A stretch of 64,000 nucleotides of DNA from Candidatus Multivorans sp. (GCA_965247095.1 OZ251997.1:3488001-3552000), one strand, 5' to 3'. Counted from the stretch's first letter, positions 1 to 10,955 are shown. Made by a program: numbers and translations. The notes: generated by a model not told the origin, from the letters alone.

Positions 1-1332
1 CATCAAGAGGCGCCGCCGGGCTTCGTGCGCGCCTATGACGCCGAGAGCGGCGCCCTGGCGTGGGTCTTTCACACCATACCCCAGCAGGGAGAGGAGGGCA
101 CAGAGACCTGGGAGAACGAGTCGTGGCGCTACAGCGGCAATACCAATGTGTGGTCGATGATCACCGTCGACGAAGAGCTCGGCCTCGCCTATCTTCCGAT
201 CGGCACACCGACGAGTGACCTCTACGGTGGTCATCGCCTTGGCGACAACCTCTACGCCGAGAGCCTGGTGGCGGTCGACTGCGAGACCGGCCAAAAACGC
301 TGGCACTTCCAGATCGTGCACCACGGCCTCTGGGACTACGACCTGCCACCGCCGCCGAACAGGATCGATCTGATGGTGGATGGCAAGCCCCGGAAGGTGG
401 TGGCGCAAGCCAGCAAGCAGGCCTTCCTCTTCGTCCTCGACGCGGTGACGGGAGAGCCGCTGTGGCCGGTCGAAGAGCGTCCTGTGCCTCCGAGCCAGGT
501 GCCTGGAGAGAGCGCCTCGCCGACCCAGCCTTTCCCCACCAAGCCCGCCGCCTACGATCGCCAGGGCATCAGCGTAGACGACCTGATCGACTTCACCCCC
601 CAGCTTCGGGAAGAAGCCCTCGAGATCGCGAGCGCGTACGAGCTGGCGCCTCTCTACACGCCGCCTCGGGTCGCGGGCGAGGGTAAGCCGGTGATCCAGC
701 AGCCCGGTCCGGGTGGAGGCACCAACTGGACCGGCACCGCGGTGGACCCCGAAAGCGGCATGATCTACGTGCCTTCCTACGCCACCCCGAGATCCGTTTC
801 TCTCACCTCGCCCGACCCCAATCGATCGAATCTGCGTTACGTACCCGACGGCTGGTACGAGCACGTCGAGGGTCCTCGAGGTCTGCCGCTGGTCAAGCCG
901 CCATACGGACGCGTCACCGCGATCGATCTCGCTACCGGCGAGCACGTCTGGGTCGCGGCCCACGGTGAGGGGCCGCGCAACCACCCGGCGATCAAGCACC
1001 TGGGCCTGGATCGCCTGGGCTCCCCGAACCGGTTTGCAGCGCCGCTGGTGACCAGGACTCTGTTGTTCGTCACCCATCGTGCCGAGAGCACCACCGGCGC
1101 CGATCCTCCCACCACGGATCGACCCGCCGAGATCAGCGTTTACGACAAGAAGACCGGGGCCTACCTGGGCGGCATCGAGCTCCCCGCCTTGCCCAACTCG
1201 AACCTCATCACCTACGAAGTGGGGGGTCGTCAGTATCTCGCGCTAAGCGTCGGTGGCGGAAGAGAGGCTACCGAGACCGACCCTCCTGCCGGTGTGGTCG
1301 CACTCGCGCTCGCCGGAGAGGAGGCAGAGTAG
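1..1332 (+). CDS. PQQ-dependent dehydrogenase, glucose/quinate type (5' partial)
   Basis: Frame open from window start (HQEAPPGFVRAYD); motifs HFQIVHHGLWDYD, SPTQPFPTKP, KPPYGRVTAIDL; paralog of 13246-15228. Confidence 0.9.
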   Translation, partial: HQEAPPGFVRAYDAESGALAWVFHTIPQQGEEGTETWENESWRYSGNTNVWSMITVDEELGLAYLPIGTPTSDLYGGHRLGDNLYAESLVAVDCETGQKRWHFQIVHHGLWDYDLPPPPNRIDLMVDGKPRKVVAQASKQAFLFVLDAVTGEPLWPVEERPVPPSQVPGESASPTQPFPTKPAAYDRQGISVDDLIDFTPQLREEALEIASAYELAPLYTPPRVAGEGKPVIQQPGPGGGTNWTGTAVDPESGMIYVPSYATPRSVSLTSPDPNRSNLRYVPDGWYEHVEGPRGLPLVKPPYGRVTAIDLATGEHVWVAAHGEGPRNHPAIKHLGLDRLGSPNRFAAPLVTRTLLFVTHRAESTTGADPPTTDRPAEISVYDKKTGAYLGGIELPALPNSNLITYEVGGRQYLALSVGGGREATETDPPAGVVALALAGEEAE

Positions 1333-2840
1333 TGATGGCATTTCGATTCAGAGACTGTGCGCTCGCCGTGGGACTGATCGCCGCGTTCGGCTGTCAATCT
1401 TCTGAGCCGCCACCGGAGACCTCGATTCCCCCACCGGCGCCAGCACCGCCGCCGAACATCGTCGTCATCGTCGGTGACGACCTGGGCTACGGCGACATCG
1501 GGGTGTACGGCTCGCAGATCCCCACGCCTCACATCGACCAGTTGGCACGCGACGGCGTGCGCCTGACCGACGGCCATGTGTCCGCAGCCGTCTGCAGTCC
1601 GATGCGAGCGGGTTTCCACACCGGGCGGTATCAGAATCGCTTCGGCTGGGAGTACAACCCCACCGACCACAACCTCGGGCTTCCGTTGGATCAGAAAACG
1701 GTCGCCAACCACTTTCAGGACGCCGGCTATGTCACCGGCCTGATCGGTAAGTGGCACCTGGGCGTGGCCGAGCCGCACCATCCACTCCACCGCGGCTTCG
1801 ACGAGTTCTACGGAATGCTGGGAGGCGCCTCCAGCTACATCGACTCCCGACTTCCAGGCACCCACGAGTGGCCCGCCGAGGGAGCCCCCACCACCCGCAC
1901 CAGCGACTCGCGTGTCATCCGCGACGGCTTCGAGGTGATCGAGGTCGAGGAGTATCTGACTGACGTCTTTGCCGAGAAGGCGGTCGAGTTCATCGATCGC
2001 CACGCCGACGAGCGCTTCCTCCTGATGCTGACTCCCAACACTCCGCACACCCCGCTGCAGGCGACCGACGAGTACATGGAGCGGGTGCAGCACATCGAAG
2101 GCGATGGAGCGCGCGTCTACGCTGCGATGGTCGTCTCGCTCGACGACTACGTCGGCGACGTCGTCGCGGCTCTACGCAAGCACGACCTCGAGCGCGACAC
2201 GCTGGTCGTCTTTCTCTCCGACAATGGGTGCATCAACTACATGACCGAGCCGATCTGCACCAACGCGCCGCTGGCGGGGAACAAGCGCTACCACCTGGAA
2301 GGCGGTCATCGTGTTCCCTTCATCCTCAAGTGGCCGGCGGGCCTTCCTCAGGGCGAGGTTTACGGCGAGCTTGCCAGCGCACTCGATCTCTACGCCACTT
2401 TCACTGCCGCGAGCGGTCTCGAAGCGGATAGCCCGGACAGCGTCAATCTGCTTCCGCATCTACGCGGCGAGATCAGCGAGCCGCCGCACGAGTTCCTCTA
2501 TTGGCGGGCGGCGCCGAACATCGCCATCCGCTGGGGCAAGTGGAAGATGTGGAGAGTGAACAACACCGACATGGAGGTCCCTGACGGGCGACCGGGCCAG
2601 ACGACCCCGCTGAGGGAATACCCACCCGACGACTCACCCATGGGTCAGACCACCGTTCTCTACGATCTGGAGGCTGACATCGGCGAAACCAACAACATCG
2701 CAGATCAGCACCCCGAGATCGTCGAGCGCCTGGAGAGCGAGCTCGCCGCCTGGGAGGCCGAGCTCGCCGAACCACTCTGGGTCAACCATCGCGGGACTCT
2801 TCACTCGCTTCACGGTCAGACGGTTCAGCTCTTCTTTTGA
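1332..2840 (+). CDS. Formylglycine-dependent sulfatase, probable lipoprotein
   Basis: PNIVVIVGDDLGYGD, CSPMRAG (CxPxR), GKWHLG, SDNG; lipobox-like AFGC. Confidence 0.93.
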   Translation: MMAFRFRDCALAVGLIAAFGCQSSEPPPETSIPPPAPAPPPNIVVIVGDDLGYGDIGVYGSQIPTPHIDQLARDGVRLTDGHVSAAVCSPMRAGFHTGRYQNRFGWEYNPTDHNLGLPLDQKTVANHFQDAGYVTGLIGKWHLGVAEPHHPLHRGFDEFYGMLGGASSYIDSRLPGTHEWPAEGAPTTRTSDSRVIRDGFEVIEVEEYLTDVFAEKAVEFIDRHADERFLLMLTPNTPHTPLQATDEYMERVQHIEGDGARVYAAMVVSLDDYVGDVVAALRKHDLERDTLVVFLSDNGCINYMTEPICTNAPLAGNKRYHLEGGHRVPFILKWPAGLPQGEVYGELASALDLYATFTAASGLEADSPDSVNLLPHLRGEISEPPHEFLYWRAAPNIAIRWGKWKMWRVNNTDMEVPDGRPGQTTPLREYPPDDSPMGQTTVLYDLEADIGETNNIADQHPEIVERLESELAAWEAELAEPLWVNHRGTLHSLHGQTVQLFF

Positions 2841-2906
2841 GGCTCCGCGTCCTACAATTCCAGAGAGCGTTGTCGCGGCCTCCGAGACACGACTCAGCCG
2901 CTCGCC

Positions 2907-2951
2907 ATGAAGCCTGGCCGGGCGATTGTCGATACAAACGTCGTCGTCTCC
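2907..2951 (+). pseudogene. N-terminal stub of PIN-domain toxin-like gene
   Basis: MKPGRAIVDTNVVVS matches the PIN start motif (hhDTNVhhS); similarity stops after about 15 codons. Confidence 0.4.
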
Positions 2952-3123
2952 CGACAGGCGGCGGCTGATCCTGGAATCGCTACCCGTCCGAGCTCACTGG
3001 CGTCCCGGTATGATTCTTGCAGCCATTTGCGCATTAGGGTCATTTTTGACATAGTAGCCCGCTTCGAGCCGAACCCGGTCTCAAGCGGGACTCAAACATA
3101 AGGGCTCCTTCTGGAGGACAGCA

Positions 3124-5829
3124 ATGCTGCGAGCGAAAGCTGCCACTGTCAGGTCAGTTCTCTGTGTCTTCGCCATCGCCTGTGTGGTTCAGGCGCCGCT
3201 CTTGGCCGATGGTCCGCAGACATCGACCATTGACGGCACCATTACCGATGCCCAGGGTGCCGGCCTGCCCGGCGTCACGGTGACCCTGGCCGGCCCTCAG
3301 AACACCAGGAGGGAGATCACCAACGCCGAGGGCGACTATCGCTTCGCCCTGCTGCAGCCCGGCAACTATAAGGTGACCGCCAACCTCGAGGGTCTCGGCT
3401 CCGCCGAGCGCGATGTAAAGCTAGATCCCGGCCAGCGCCAGGACGTCGACCTCACCCTCCAGGCGGCCACCTCCGAGACCATCACCGTCACCTCCGAGGC
3501 GGCGCTGATCTCGAAGTACGACACCGGTGCCGCTTCTGCCATCCCGGAAGAGGCGCTCGAGAACGTCACCTACTCCTCGCGCAACTACAATTCGAGCGTC
3601 AGGCAGATGCCGACTCTGGTGACGCGCAGACAGGAGAATGATTTCCAACCCTCGGTCAACGGTGGCATCCGCACCGAGCTGGGTGTTTTCATCGACGGCG
3701 TCGACGTGGGCATGCCTCTTCGCGGCGGCGAGCTGCGCTTCCAGCTCCCGTCGAGCGCGATCACCGAGACCAAGATGGAAACGGCCGGTTTCGGCGCCGA
3801 GTACGGCCGCGCGACGAACGGAGTGATGAACTCGACGATCAAGACCGGCACCAACAAGTTCCACGGCGACTTCCTCTATATCGGCCAGAACCCGAGTTGG
3901 CGTGACGAGGACTGGCTCGGAATCGAGCGCCCCGATGAGATGATCAACAGCTTCGAGACCTCGCTCGGTGGCCCGATCTGGCCCGACAAGGCCTGGTTCT
4001 TCGCCTCCTACAACGAGATGAGTGACAACCGGCTCGACCAGACTCGTACCGCCGTGGTGACCCCCACCTCGCGCGAAGCGGAGCCGCTCATCGCCAAGGT
4101 GAACGCCCAGCCCGGCAACCGCCACCAGCTTTCGCTAACCGCCATCGACTCCCCGTCCGTGGCGATCGCCGGGTCCGGCATTGTGCTAGCCGGCGACCAG
4201 TACTCCCTCATGAGCTTTCCGCTCAATAACCGGATTCAGACCCTGACCTGGAGCTTCGCCATGACCAGCTCGGCGTTCCTCGAGGTCAAGGGCGCCAACC
4301 GCGAAGAGTTTATTGCACGCGTTGCTTTCCCGCCAGCTCCGATCGTTCCCCGCGCCTCGGTCGACTCTCCCAACGGCAACGACTTCCGCTACATCGATCT
4401 CAACAACGCTTTGCGCTACAACGGTCCCCTAATAGGCCTGGGGTCTGGGTTCAACGACCTTCCGCGCGATCAGGCGAATGGCTCGGTGACTCTCTTCGAG
4501 GGCAATCACGAGATCAAGGTCGGCGTCGACATCCAGGACATCACCTTCAACAACCTGACCGACATCGGTACCGAGTATCGTGGCCGCGGTTTCTGCCGCG
4601 AGTGCCCTTCTGGCTACGACAGGCCGGCCAACAAGCGGGTCTACGACCCCGCCGCCCCGATCTCGATGGATACTCTGATGAGTGCTGCCTATGCCCAGGA
4701 CCGGATCGAGGTCGGTGACCACCTGACCTTCCACCTCGGCGTGCGCTACGACGAGCAGTGGATCGAGAACGACATTGGGGAGCGGGTCAACGACTACGGC
4801 GAGTGGGCGCCGCGTGCATCGGTGGTCTACGACATCAACGCCGACGGCAAGATGCTGGTGCGGGGAAGCGCCGGCCGCTACTTCCGCAACATCGGCCTCA
4901 CTGTCATCTTCCAGGAGTTCACCCGTGGCAACAACGGCGCGAACGTCTACAACCAGTTCCTGTGGAATCCCGCGACGGAGCTCTACGATCGCTTTCAGCG
5001 CCGCATCGAGCCCTCCCCGAGTAATGACGTCGCCGGCATCGAGCCCTACTACAAGGACGAGGTGTCGGTGGGCTTCGACTGGCAGTTCGCCAAGAACTGG
5101 GTCTTCACTTCGCACGCCGTCGTGCACGAGTCGGATGACATCTTCTCGGCCAGCCTGCAGTACGACGAGGACGGCGAGGTCTTCCGCGACCTGCGCAACT
5201 GGTCCAACAACTACCGCGAGTACGAGGGCCTCTCGTTCCAGGTCAACCGTGCGTTTCGCAACAACTGGTCGCTGCAGTCTAACTTGTCGATCGGTAACGC
5301 CGACGGCACCATCGAGTCCTCCAGCGACAACGACAACCACAACGAAGGCTTCGGCGGCATCGAGGTATCGACGGGCGATCTCAACACCACCAGTAGCCCC
5401 TTCTGGGACGGGCCCATGACCCACGACCGGGAGTTCATGGTCAACATCGTCGGCCTCAAGCGCTTCGTGTTCGGCAAGCATGACCTCATGACCAGTGCTT
5501 TCTTGAAGTATTCCGCCGGCGAGCCCTGGGCATTGCACCCCTCCACCAGGGTGGCGCACCCGGTGTCCGGCCAGACCATCAGAACCTCGACCTTCCGCGA
5601 GCCGAGAGGCTCTCAGCAAATGGAGGACTTCTGGAACCTCAACCTGAGTGTCACCTACCAGTTCCCGATTGCGGGCTCGGTGCAGGGCAGTATCGGCGGT
5701 GAGGTTGCCAACGCCACCAACGAGCAGGCTGTGGTCCGGATCAACGAGAGGACCGGCAGACCGCATTCCTCGGTCGCGTCTCACCAGTACCCGCGGGAGT
5801 ATCGCCTCAAGGTCGGTTTCCGCTTCTAA
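3124..5829 (+). CDS. TonB-dependent receptor, Oar-like, with carboxypeptidase-regulatory-like N-domain
   Basis: Signal peptide, IDGTITDAQGAGLPGVTVT, AEYGRATNGV..KTGTNKFHG, C-terminal VGFRF; RBS GGAGG. Confidence 0.92.
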   Translation: MLRAKAATVRSVLCVFAIACVVQAPLLADGPQTSTIDGTITDAQGAGLPGVTVTLAGPQNTRREITNAEGDYRFALLQPGNYKVTANLEGLGSAERDVKLDPGQRQDVDLTLQAATSETITVTSEAALISKYDTGAASAIPEEALENVTYSSRNYNSSVRQMPTLVTRRQENDFQPSVNGGIRTELGVFIDGVDVGMPLRGGELRFQLPSSAITETKMETAGFGAEYGRATNGVMNSTIKTGTNKFHGDFLYIGQNPSWRDEDWLGIERPDEMINSFETSLGGPIWPDKAWFFASYNEMSDNRLDQTRTAVVTPTSREAEPLIAKVNAQPGNRHQLSLTAIDSPSVAIAGSGIVLAGDQYSLMSFPLNNRIQTLTWSFAMTSSAFLEVKGANREEFIARVAFPPAPIVPRASVDSPNGNDFRYIDLNNALRYNGPLIGLGSGFNDLPRDQANGSVTLFEGNHEIKVGVDIQDITFNNLTDIGTEYRGRGFCRECPSGYDRPANKRVYDPAAPISMDTLMSAAYAQDRIEVGDHLTFHLGVRYDEQWIENDIGERVNDYGEWAPRASVVYDINADGKMLVRGSAGRYFRNIGLTVIFQEFTRGNNGANVYNQFLWNPATELYDRFQRRIEPSPSNDVAGIEPYYKDEVSVGFDWQFAKNWVFTSHAVVHESDDIFSASLQYDEDGEVFRDLRNWSNNYREYEGLSFQVNRAFRNNWSLQSNLSIGNADGTIESSSDNDNHNEGFGGIEVSTGDLNTTSSPFWDGPMTHDREFMVNIVGLKRFVFGKHDLMTSAFLKYSAGEPWALHPSTRVAHPVSGQTIRTSTFREPRGSQQMEDFWNLNLSVTYQFPIAGSVQGSIGGEVANATNEQAVVRINERTGRPHSSVASHQYPREYRLKVGFRF

Positions 5830-5865
5830 GCAACGTCGGGACACGATCGGCTTGCCTGAGATTCC

Positions 5866-5900
5866 AAGACACCGGCGGCCGCCGCCGGTGTCTTTTTCTT
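5866..5900 (+). terminator. Intrinsic terminator
   Basis: AAGACACCGGCGG-ccg-CCGCCGGTGTCTT running into TTTTTCTT just after the receptor gene. Confidence 0.85.
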
Positions 5901-5997
5901 ATGTCTGAAAGTCGCTCGACGGTCTCGACGACCGGCCTGCGCTGCTCATCAAACTGTGCATCCGACAGCTGGGACTTCTGAAGGCAACAAAGGAGAC

Positions 5998-7605
5998 ATG
6001 ATGAAGCGCACGTGCAAGAGATTCGCGTTGGGTTTGGCAGTCGGCGCGATGTGGGTCGGGGCGGGCAGCAGTTTGAGCGCCGCGACGCCCCCGGGCGTCG
6101 ATGACTGCGAGGCCTTGCCGGCGATGGACTTCACAAGCATTCAGGATGCGCCGACGCAGGCGACGGCGACCCGAATGGTGGAGGCCACCGGCGAGGTGCC
6201 CGCCCATTGCCGGATGGATGGGTATGTCACGCCCAATGTCCGGATCGTGCTAGACCTGCCCAACAGCGCCTCGTGGAACGGCAAGTATCTGCAGGCGAGC
6301 CCTGGTGGCCAGGGCGGCTCGACGGAACAGGAGGCCGGCTGGTGCGATGAGGCCTTGCGGAGAGGCTATGCCTGTCTCACACACGATACGGGGCATTTCG
6401 GCATAACAAGAAGGTCCTCGTGGGCCTACAACAATCTCCAGGCGGAGCTCGATTACGGCATCCGCGGTCACCATGTCGCCGCTCTGGCGGGCAAGGCCAT
6501 CACCGAGCACTACTACGGCCGGGCGCCGGCGTTCTCCTATCATGTGGGCTGTTCCGGCGGCGGGAAGCAGGGAATGGTCCAAGCGAGTCGCTTTCCCTGG
6601 AACTTCGACGGCATTCTCGCCCAGGAGCCCGCGAACGTAACGGCCGTGGGCGTGATGATCCTGTGGAACGCCCTGGCATCGTACGACGCGGACGGCCAGC
6701 CGCTGTTCACACCCGCCGATCTGGACGTGCTGCACGCGGGGGCCATTGCCGCCTGCGATGCGGACGATGGCCTCGAGGATGGGATCATCGGTGGCGATCC
6801 GCGCACTTGCCAATTCGATCCGGCCGACCTCGCCTGCGCGTCGGGGCAGACATCGGGCTGTCTATCGCCGGTCCAGGTGGAGGCGGCCAAAAAAAAGTAC
6901 ACCGGGCCGCTGACATCGACCGGAGAGAAGCTCAGCAAATACTTCCCGTTCTATCCTGCCTTGCCCGGTTCGGAGAAGGGCAACTACTTCTCCATGGATC
7001 TCGAGTCAAGGACCTCGTGGGGGCGGTTCAAGGGGTTCAACCCGGATCCGGGACCGAGCTGGAAGGCGTCCGACTTCGATTGGGACCACGATTACAAGCG
7101 CATGGGGATTTCAGATGCGCTGGTGAATGGTTTCAGCAATCCCGATCTGCGCAATTTCAAGGCTGCGGGCGGCAAGCTGCTGATCATCCAGGGTTGGGAA
7201 GACTCTGGTTTGCCCAGCCCACGAGTCAGCATCGACTACTATGAGATGGCGGAACGCATCATGGGGGGACGAGCCAGCGCCCAAGAGTCGGTTCGCCTGT
7301 TCATGATTCCGGGCCGTACCCATTGCTATGGTGGCGTTGGCGCGACCAGCGGCGATTATCTCAGCGCTCTCGAAGCCTGGGTCGAAGAGGGGAAGGCACC
7401 CGACATGATCGTCGGCTACCGTCCAGAAGAAGACCCCTCCGGCAGACGGACTGTGAGAGCTTATGTTGAAGCGAATACCGCGGTCCCTGAGAGCTACACA
7501 TTCACGCGGCCCCATTATCCCTACCCGCTGCAAGCGCGATACAAGGGCAGCGGTGATCCGAACGACTATCGGAGCTTCGAGCCTGTCGATCCGGAGGATC
7601 GCTGA
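5998..7605 (+). CDS. Tannase/feruloyl esterase family hydrolase, secreted
   Basis: GCSGGG nucleophile elbow, HCYGG, NPDLRNFKAAGGKLL, TRPHYPYP; AAGGAG RBS before ATG 5998. Confidence 0.92.
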   Translation: MMKRTCKRFALGLAVGAMWVGAGSSLSAATPPGVDDCEALPAMDFTSIQDAPTQATATRMVEATGEVPAHCRMDGYVTPNVRIVLDLPNSASWNGKYLQASPGGQGGSTEQEAGWCDEALRRGYACLTHDTGHFGITRRSSWAYNNLQAELDYGIRGHHVAALAGKAITEHYYGRAPAFSYHVGCSGGGKQGMVQASRFPWNFDGILAQEPANVTAVGVMILWNALASYDADGQPLFTPADLDVLHAGAIAACDADDGLEDGIIGGDPRTCQFDPADLACASGQTSGCLSPVQVEAAKKKYTGPLTSTGEKLSKYFPFYPALPGSEKGNYFSMDLESRTSWGRFKGFNPDPGPSWKASDFDWDHDYKRMGISDALVNGFSNPDLRNFKAAGGKLLIIQGWEDSGLPSPRVSIDYYEMAERIMGGRASAQESVRLFMIPGRTHCYGGVGATSGDYLSALEAWVEEGKAPDMIVGYRPEEDPSGRRTVRAYVEANTAVPESYTFTRPHYPYPLQARYKGSGDPNDYRSFEPVDPEDR

Positions 7606-7618
7606 GGACCGGGGCTAG

Positions 7619-8821
7619 GGAGGAGTGGGTCATGACCCAAGGAGGGCACTTCAACGCCATTGCGCTCGAACGTGTGGTATTCGGTCGGCCGGCCGCCGAG
7701 GCCGTGCCTGGCGAGCTCGAGCGCCTGGGCCGCTCGCGGGCCTGCCTTCTGGTGAGCCACAGCTTGCGCACGGGCACCTCCGCGGTGTCGAATCTGGAAG
7801 AAGCGCTGGGAGATGCGGCGGTAGGGACCTACTCCGGGATGCCGCCACATACCCCCCGCGAGGCGGTGATCGAATGTGCGGCGCTTGCCCGCGAAAGCAG
7901 AGCCGACATCATCGTCACTCTAGGGGGAGGGTCGCTTACCGATGCCGGCAAGGTGGTTCAGCTTTGCCTGGAACATGACGTCACCGAGCCCGAGGGGCTC
8001 GAGCCATTCATCACCCGTACAGGGTCGGACGGCCGCGTGGAGAGCCCCGCGATCCGGGCGCCACGGGTGCGGCAGCTCACCTTGCCGACCACGCTCTCCG
8101 GGGGAGAGTTCGGAACCGTTGCAGGCTGCACCGACAGTGCGCGGCAGATAAAGCAAACGGTCCGGCACCCGTTGTTCGTGCCGCAGGTCGTGGTGCTCGA
8201 TCCGGCGCTGACCTTGCACACGCCCGAGTGGTTGTGGCTCTCGACAGGTATTCGCGCGGTCGACCATGCGGTGGAGGCGCTGTGCTCGCCGAGCGCGACC
8301 GCGCACTCCGACGGGCCCGCCCTGCATGCGCTGCGTCTGCTCGGCGCGGGCTTGCCGCGTTCCAAGGCGGACCCTGCGGACGTCGATGCCCGGCTGGATT
8401 GTCAGCTCGGGGTCTGGGCCTCGATGTCGCCCAACCAGGATGCCATCCCGATGGGCGCGAGCCACGGCATCGGTCATGTCCTCGGCGGCACCTTCGGGGT
8501 ACCTCACGGGCACACGTCGTGCGTCATGCTACCCGCGGTCCTCGAGTGGAACGCCGAGGCGAATCCCCAGGCGCAAGCGCGGGTCAGCGAAGCATTGGGG
8601 CGCCCGGGCGAGCCCGCGTCTCAGGTGGTGGACGAGCTCGTGCGAGAGCTCGGTCTGCCCCGGAGTCTGACCGAGGTTGGCGTCTCGAGGGAGCAGTTCG
8701 ACTTGTTGGCGAGGAACGCGATGCACGATCGCTTCATTCACACCAATCCTCGGGTTATCCACGGTCCCGAGGACGTCCTCGAGATTCTCGAACTTGCCGT
8801 TTGAGGTGAACGATGCGCATC
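7619..8821 (+). repeat. 1203-bp duplicated unit, copy 1 (RBS + Fe-ADH + start of next gene)
   Basis: Colinear with 20843-22045 from GGAGGAGTGGG to ACGATGCGCATC. Confidence 0.95.
7632..8804 (+). CDS. Iron-containing alcohol dehydrogenase family, maleylacetate reductase-like, copy 1
   Basis: GGGSLTDAGK, PTTLSGGE, DHAVE, SHGIGH, VPHG. Confidence 0.9.
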   Translation: MTQGGHFNAIALERVVFGRPAAEAVPGELERLGRSRACLLVSHSLRTGTSAVSNLEEALGDAAVGTYSGMPPHTPREAVIECAALARESRADIIVTLGGGSLTDAGKVVQLCLEHDVTEPEGLEPFITRTGSDGRVESPAIRAPRVRQLTLPTTLSGGEFGTVAGCTDSARQIKQTVRHPLFVPQVVVLDPALTLHTPEWLWLSTGIRAVDHAVEALCSPSATAHSDGPALHALRLLGAGLPRSKADPADVDARLDCQLGVWASMSPNQDAIPMGASHGIGHVLGGTFGVPHGHTSCVMLPAVLEWNAEANPQAQARVSEALGRPGEPASQVVDELVRELGLPRSLTEVGVSREQFDLLARNAMHDRFIHTNPRVIHGPEDVLEILELAV

Positions 8822-9070
8822 GACGCCGACGTAGTCGTCTTGGCTCTGCCGGATCCGATGCGGGCGGAGGAACTTCCAGCTCAACGGACGGGCGTGAGGG
8901 TAGTTGAGCGAGCTCGCATAGGCCTCGGGAGCGCTGGCGTTCCAGGTCTCCATCAACTTCTGGGTGGCGCGCAGACCCGGGGAGTCAGACGCCGCTGGGG
9001 CTGCTTTCGCGGCCGGCTCGGGCGGCGGGGGTGCGTCGGAGGTGCAGCCGGCGGTGGTCAGTGCGATGGC
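8822..9070 (-). pseudogene. Fragment of a lipoprotein paralogous to the C-terminal module of 11173-13080
   Basis: Reads AIALTTAGC-TSDAPPPPEPAAKAAPAASDSPGLRATQKLMETWNA..; DNA similar to about 11785-11978; no start codon, truncated. Confidence 0.8.
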
Positions 9071-9137
9071 GTGACTGTACTATCCAGTGTAGGCGGCGTC
9101 TCCAGACGCCTTTGCCTCGGTTTGCGAAGGGAACCAA

Positions 9138-9913
9138 ATGCGTTTGCAGGACCAAGTCGCCTTCGTCACTGGCAGCGGACGGGGGATTGGCCGAGCGATT
9201 GCCCTGGCTTTGGCACGGGAAGGGGCCGACGTGGTCGTGACCGCGCGCACCAAGAGCGAGATCGACGAGGTCGCCGCAGAGGTCAAAGCCCTGGGCCGTA
9301 CCGGCTTTGCGCTCCCGGTGGACCTCAGCCAACGTGAGGCCATTCAGCCCTGTGTGCAAGAGATCTTCTCGCGCTTTCCCACCGTAGACATTTTGGTGAA
9401 CAACGCCGCCATTGGGGGCATGCCAGACCCCAAACTGCTCGCCGAGTACGATGACGACTCTTGGGACCTGAGCCTCTTGGTGAATCTCACGGTACCTTAT
9501 CTGCTCACGAAGGCTTTTCTACCCCCGATGATTGCGCAGGGGTGGGGACGGATCATCAATATCTCGTCGGGCTCCGGGAAGCGGGGGGCGGTGCGCCGGG
9601 GAGCCTATAGCGCCACCAAACATGGATTGCTTGGTCTCACCCAAACCGCCGCCCTGGAAGTCGCGACCACCGGGGTCACGGTCAATGCGATCTGTCCCGG
9701 CCCTATCCGCACGGTGATGCTCACCCGGCTCCTCCAGCACAAAGCCGAGAGCGAGGGGCAAACGCTCGCCGAGGTGGAAAAGTCAACGAATCCGATGCAG
9801 CGAGTTTGGAGCCGGAAGAGATTGCTGATCTGGCCGTCTACCTGGCTTCGGATGCTGCGCACGGCATTACGGGGCAGTCGTTGAACGTCAATGGCGGCAC
9901 CGTTATGCACTAG
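9138..9913 (+). CDS. SDR family oxidoreductase with a frameshift near 9805
   Basis: TGSGRGIG, NNAA, YSATK; adding one T at TTT 9805-9807 restores LEPEEIADLAVYLASDAAHGITGQSLNVNGG to stop 9913. Confidence 0.9.
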
Positions 9914-9952
9914 ACCAGTGTTTCCAAAGTTCGCGCACATATCTCGGACCCT

Positions 9953-10038
9953 TCAGCATGGACCTCATCGGTCGATCACCCCAACTCGCACAACATCTCT
10001 TTCGTGTGCTCGCCATGGGCCGGCGGGTGCCCGCGAAT
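9953..10038 (-). pseudogene. C-terminal scrap of a family III (CaiB/BaiF) CoA-transferase
   Basis: Translates IRGHPPAHGEHTKEMLCELG*STDEVH, like the PPxLGEHTxExLxELGY tail; internal stop. Confidence 0.6.
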
Positions 10039-10076
10039 TTTGGCCGGGCGATAGAAGAAAGTCCAAAGGAGAAGAG

Positions 10077-10955
10077 ATGACGATCGAGATCCGAGATCCA
10101 CGCTTTCTGGACATCGTCGACGACGGCCTGGAGCTCGAGACCCTGGCCGACGGCTTTCGCTTCACCGAGGGACCGATCTGGCATCCACGAGAAAAGCACC
10201 TCATCTTCAGCGACATTCCGTCCAATCGAACGCACCGCTGGAGCGAGAGTGAAGGGCTCTCCGTCCATCGCGAGCCGAGCGAGCGGAGCAACGGCAACAC
10301 CTACGATCGCCAGGGAAGGATGCTCTCTTGCGAGCACGGCACCTCAAGCGTCACTCGGGAAGACGCGGACGGCTCACGAAGCATCCTCGCCTCCCACTAT
10401 CAGGGTAAGGAGCTCAACAGCCCCAACGACATCGTGGTCCGAGAGAACGGAGACATCTTCTTCACCGACCCGACCTACGGCCGTCGGGCGAAGGGGGATC
10501 CCGAGCTCGACTTCCAAGGTGTGTACAAGATCGACGGGGCAAATGGGGCCCTGACGCTACTGCGAAGCGACTTCGAGCAACCGAACGGGCTCGCCTTCAC
10601 CGTCGATGATCACGAGCTCTACGTCGCCGACTCGCCCCGCATGCACATTCGAAAGTTCCAGGTCGCCGACGACGGCTCACTCTCCGGCGGCGAGGTCTTC
10701 GCTGAATCGACCGGTGAGGGTACCGGTGCGCCCGACGGTCTCAAGGTGGCCTCGACCGGGCACGTCTTCTGTGCCGGCCCCGGTGGCGTCCACGTCTACG
10801 ATCCAGATGACGGCATCTGTCTCGGCGTCATCCGCACCCCCGCCTTCTGCGCCAACTTCACCTGGGGCGGGGACGACTTTCTGACCTTCTTTCTGACCTC
10901 CTCGCAGCATCTCTACCGTACGCGAGTGAAGGTGGCCGGCATCCCTCTGTTCTGA
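10077..10955 (+). CDS. SMP-30/gluconolactonase/LRE family protein
   Basis: FTEGPIW, SNGNT, LNSPND, QPNGLAF, PDGLKV; AAGGAG RBS before ATG 10077. Confidence 0.92.
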   Translation: MTIEIRDPRFLDIVDDGLELETLADGFRFTEGPIWHPREKHLIFSDIPSNRTHRWSESEGLSVHREPSERSNGNTYDRQGRMLSCEHGTSSVTREDADGSRSILASHYQGKELNSPNDIVVRENGDIFFTDPTYGRRAKGDPELDFQGVYKIDGANGALTLLRSDFEQPNGLAFTVDDHELYVADSPRMHIRKFQVADDGSLSGGEVFAESTGEGTGAPDGLKVASTGHVFCAGPGGVHVYDPDDGICLGVIRTPAFCANFTWGGDDFLTFFLTSSQHLYRTRVKVAGIPLF

